Positions 61,084 through 64,000 of a stretch of DNA of 64,000 nt are shown piece after piece. Origin of the DNA: Saprolegnia diclina VS20 (Eukaryota); contig NW_008246077.1 of NCBI RefSeq assembly GCF_000281045.1, positions 44,176-108,175 of the forward strand, written 5' to 3'. The notes beneath the pieces are model-generated. The model did not search any database. It had not been told where the DNA came from and was given only the letters and a program-made list of their open reading frames with translations. The position numbers were made by a program, and so were the translations under genes. Numbering within the stretch: the stretch's first letter is position 1; each line of letters opens with the position of its first letter.

Positions 61084-61909
61084 CGCTTTGCTTGTTTGCG
61101 CCGAATTGGGATTTGGACCACTGTTGGCCAATGGGAACCGCGCAATTTACAAGGCGCTGTAGGATTGGCCGTAATAAGGCCAGAGCAAACTGGCTCAAAC
61201 GGTACTGCTGAGGCGTGACATGGCTGTTGGCAGAGGCCAAGGAGCACGCAAGAAGCTTCAGGCAGCTGCTGCATACGTCATCGCATTGGTTAGCTCCCTA
61301 AGTGCACAAAAGAGGACGAGTCAAATGAGAGAGTCCTGCGGGCGTCTGTCTCTAGCAACAACGTCGTTGCCGCTTCGTGCTTAGATGCGAGCTGGGTGAA
61401 GTCAAATGAGTACGTTGGGCGTACTCAGAAGCGGACCTTGAACTTGAAGATGGCGCCTCTTCCTCGCATGTGATTGGTCAAAGAATACCGCGCGTGGCGA
61501 TCTTGCGGGCAAGATCGAAATTTTTTTGTAAAATAGTTTCCCTTCGCTTGTGAGTCCATTCGGATAGGACGAGTTCGTGGGTACATCTACCGACGTACAC
61601 TGCTGCATTAGACGCTAGACCACCTTGGGTGCGATCATCCTGCTGGGAGTTTGGAGCCTACGCTGATGCGATGATGTGATCACCCGCTTCTAACGTACGC
61701 TGCTGATAGAAATACTGTCAATTTCGTCTTCTCCAAGATGAAGGGCTTGTGTGTTGAGAGGGAGTCCGATCAAGCAGGCTTCGAGTATGCAACCCAAGGC
61801 TTTTGTTCATAGTTCCTTGCTTGAAGATTGAAGCGAAGGTCTGCCATTGGTACCACCATATATGTCGACAAAGTCATCCAATGTGCTTGGCATTCGGTTT
61901 ACATGATGG

Positions 61910-63920
61910 TTATACAAAGCGGCGGATGCGGACGTTGATGGGCTTCCGACACGTGGGGCAGCTCTTCATCTGCGTGGCGCACGCGCCGCAGGTTTCGTGG
62001 CCGCAGAGAAACACCGTGTCTTTGACGAGCTCTTCGCAGATGCTGCAGAGCGTCGCTTCGCGGAGTCGGTCGACCTCAGCCTCGAGAGCTGCGATATCGC
62101 ATGGGCCCTTGGCGCTGCTTGCAAAGGCAAACTCGCACATGGCGCAGTTTGTGTCGTAGATGCCGTTGGCATACGTGCACTGGGGACACGCGAGGCCATC
62201 CTTGGCTGCGGCCACAGGGTGTCGGGGTAACATGCCCTCCATCGCCTCGAGAAGACGACGGCACTCGACCGTGGCCATGTCTCTCGGAGTTTCGCCCCTC
62301 TAAGTTATCCATCAATTTTCACACGTCAGCAATGCACGCACCATGGTTTTCAGTCGCGTGTTGGCACCGGCGTGCAAGAGCAAGGCCAAAATACCGACGC
62401 GGTTCTTTGCCGCCGCTTCGTGCAACGCTGTGCGCCCATCCTAAAAGCCCTGAGATCCCCCTATCCATGAGATGTCGTGTCCGTACGATGCTGGCCGCAT
62501 CGAGATCGATGCCGTCGTACTCGACGAGGCGCCGCACGAGAGAGAGTTGGTCGTGGCGCGCTGCGAGGCTCAGCAGCGTGTACCGCTTCTGTATGTCCGT
62601 CAAGTAGACTGTAGTACATGTTGAAATGCAAGAAAGGACTGACCTCGTCGATGGGGGTGTTGATGTCGGTGATTGACCGCGCGTCCACGCGCCGCGCAAC
62701 GTCGCTCCACAAGCCACGCTGGGCGCATTCGCCAAACGAGAGACCCGAGGCGAGCAACATGCGAAAGCGCCCGTCCATCGTCGCAAGCTGGATCGGCAAC
62801 TGGCCTTCCTACACGATCCATGAGCTCCGATAAGGGCATTGGTAGTTTGACGTGCCTTGTTCTTCAGTAGCGCATTGGCCCCAGCTTCAATGAGGGCGAC
62901 GAGGACGTCTTGGTGGTCGCGTTGTGCGGCTTCGTGAAGGGCTGTCATTCCGTCCTAGAGCTCAAATCGGTCCATGCACATTCCCATTAGAAGATGTACC
63001 CGGTTGGTTTTGTTGATGTCGACGCCGTCACAGCGCAAGAGATGATGCACAAACGTCCCTTGGTTCTCTCGCGCAGCATACGATAAGAGGGTCCATCGGG
63101 GCTAAATCCCCATTTACTAGTAAGTCAAGGCACAGTAGACGCAAAACCGTACGATGCCAAATACAACGTTGACGTCGGCAAGCGTATGGGTTGCAGCTCG
63201 CCGCTCGAGCTCCCACCAGTCACCGCGTAGCGCACAGTCCGTGTCGGAGGCCATCGCGGTGTGCAGGAGGTTGCGCATGGCAACGTCGATCGTCACATCG
63301 ATGGGCAGACGGCCCGCCTATTCACAGCATTCTGTCATGCGTCTCACAACCGGTTCCAGGATGGCACCTTGTCCTTGACGTGCGGATTGGCGTTGGCTTT
63401 CAAGAGCCCTCGCACCATAGCGTCGCAGTCCGCTTCGGTGGCATAATGCAACGGGGTTCGGCCGTGCTGCCAGCAGCCGTTCAAACCTCCAGGATCCTGC
63501 TGACCGCGTACCTTGTCGATTGCGTTGATATTGGCGTAGCTGCGCAAGAGCGCATTGGCAATCGGCCACCGGCCGCGGCTCGCTGCCTCGTGCAGTGGCG
63601 TGCGGCCCATCTACAACACCCGTGAGCGTGCAACCCCGCAGATTACAGCATACGTCGTTGGCCTTGTCGACGTCGATGTCCACGTGGAGTAGAAGCTGCT
63701 CTAGAATGTCGGCTTGGCCGTACTGGACTGCGAACGAGAGCGCGGTGGCACGATGCTACAGTCGCCATTGCCATGGTGGGAGAGGGCGATGCAACGTGAT
63801 ACGTACGAGGCCCGTTGTGGCGTTGACGTCGCCGAGCGCGTGATTGCGCAGCCACGCCTCGACGCGGGGCCAGGCTTCGCTCTCGGCGAGGGCTGCGATT
63901 GTCGCTGGCGGCATCGTCAT
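61910..63920 (-). CDS. Ankyrin-repeat + RanBP2/NZF zinc finger + RING probable E3 ligase, copy 2
   Basis: GRTPLHEAASRG, GRTPLHYA, GMTALHEAAQR, then LACPQCTYANGIYDTNCAMCE and RING CSICEELVKDTVFLCGHETCGACATQMKSCPTCRKPINVRIRRFV*. Confidence 0.85.
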
Positions 63921-64000
63921 GTTCTGCGAAGTATGCAAAGCACTCCGACTTGATTCTGCGCACATGATAGTTTTGCCTCGTTTGTCCCAAGTAGGAATGC

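Overview
Gene-dense, GC-rich eukaryotic DNA with many short (~40-60 nt) spliceosomal introns. Gene content and style point to an oomycete, probably Saprolegniales (inference). The first ~8 kb contains decayed mobile DNA: a Ty3/Gypsy integrase-chromodomain remnant and two degenerate copies of a Ulp1/C48-protease-like element, which flank RFC2 and a THUMP methyltransferase. About 24 intact genes are supported: RFC small subunit, THUMP methyltransferase, PPR protein, G-protein beta, two convergent P4-ATPase flippases, an AAC4-like protein, a Ser-less alpha/beta hydrolase, a polycystin-2-like channel, APH-1, an SLC52-like transporter, a CEP295/ALMS-motif protein, an intronless degenerate 2OG-Fe(II) oxygenase-like protein, an SR protein, a secreted choloylglycine hydrolase-family enzyme, anoctamin, a four-domain voltage-gated channel, YIP1, two small proteins, kinesin-13, a stand-alone Pta-N (AAA_26/DRTGG-like) protein and two tandem ankyrin-RING genes. 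The most unusual object is the four-domain channel. It has EF-hands in linker I-II, a DEP-like domain in linker II-III, a Nav-like IFL motif and a non-canonical S/D/Q/D pore ring. All family calls come from motif recognition by eye. Gene ends were spliced manually, and no database search was run.
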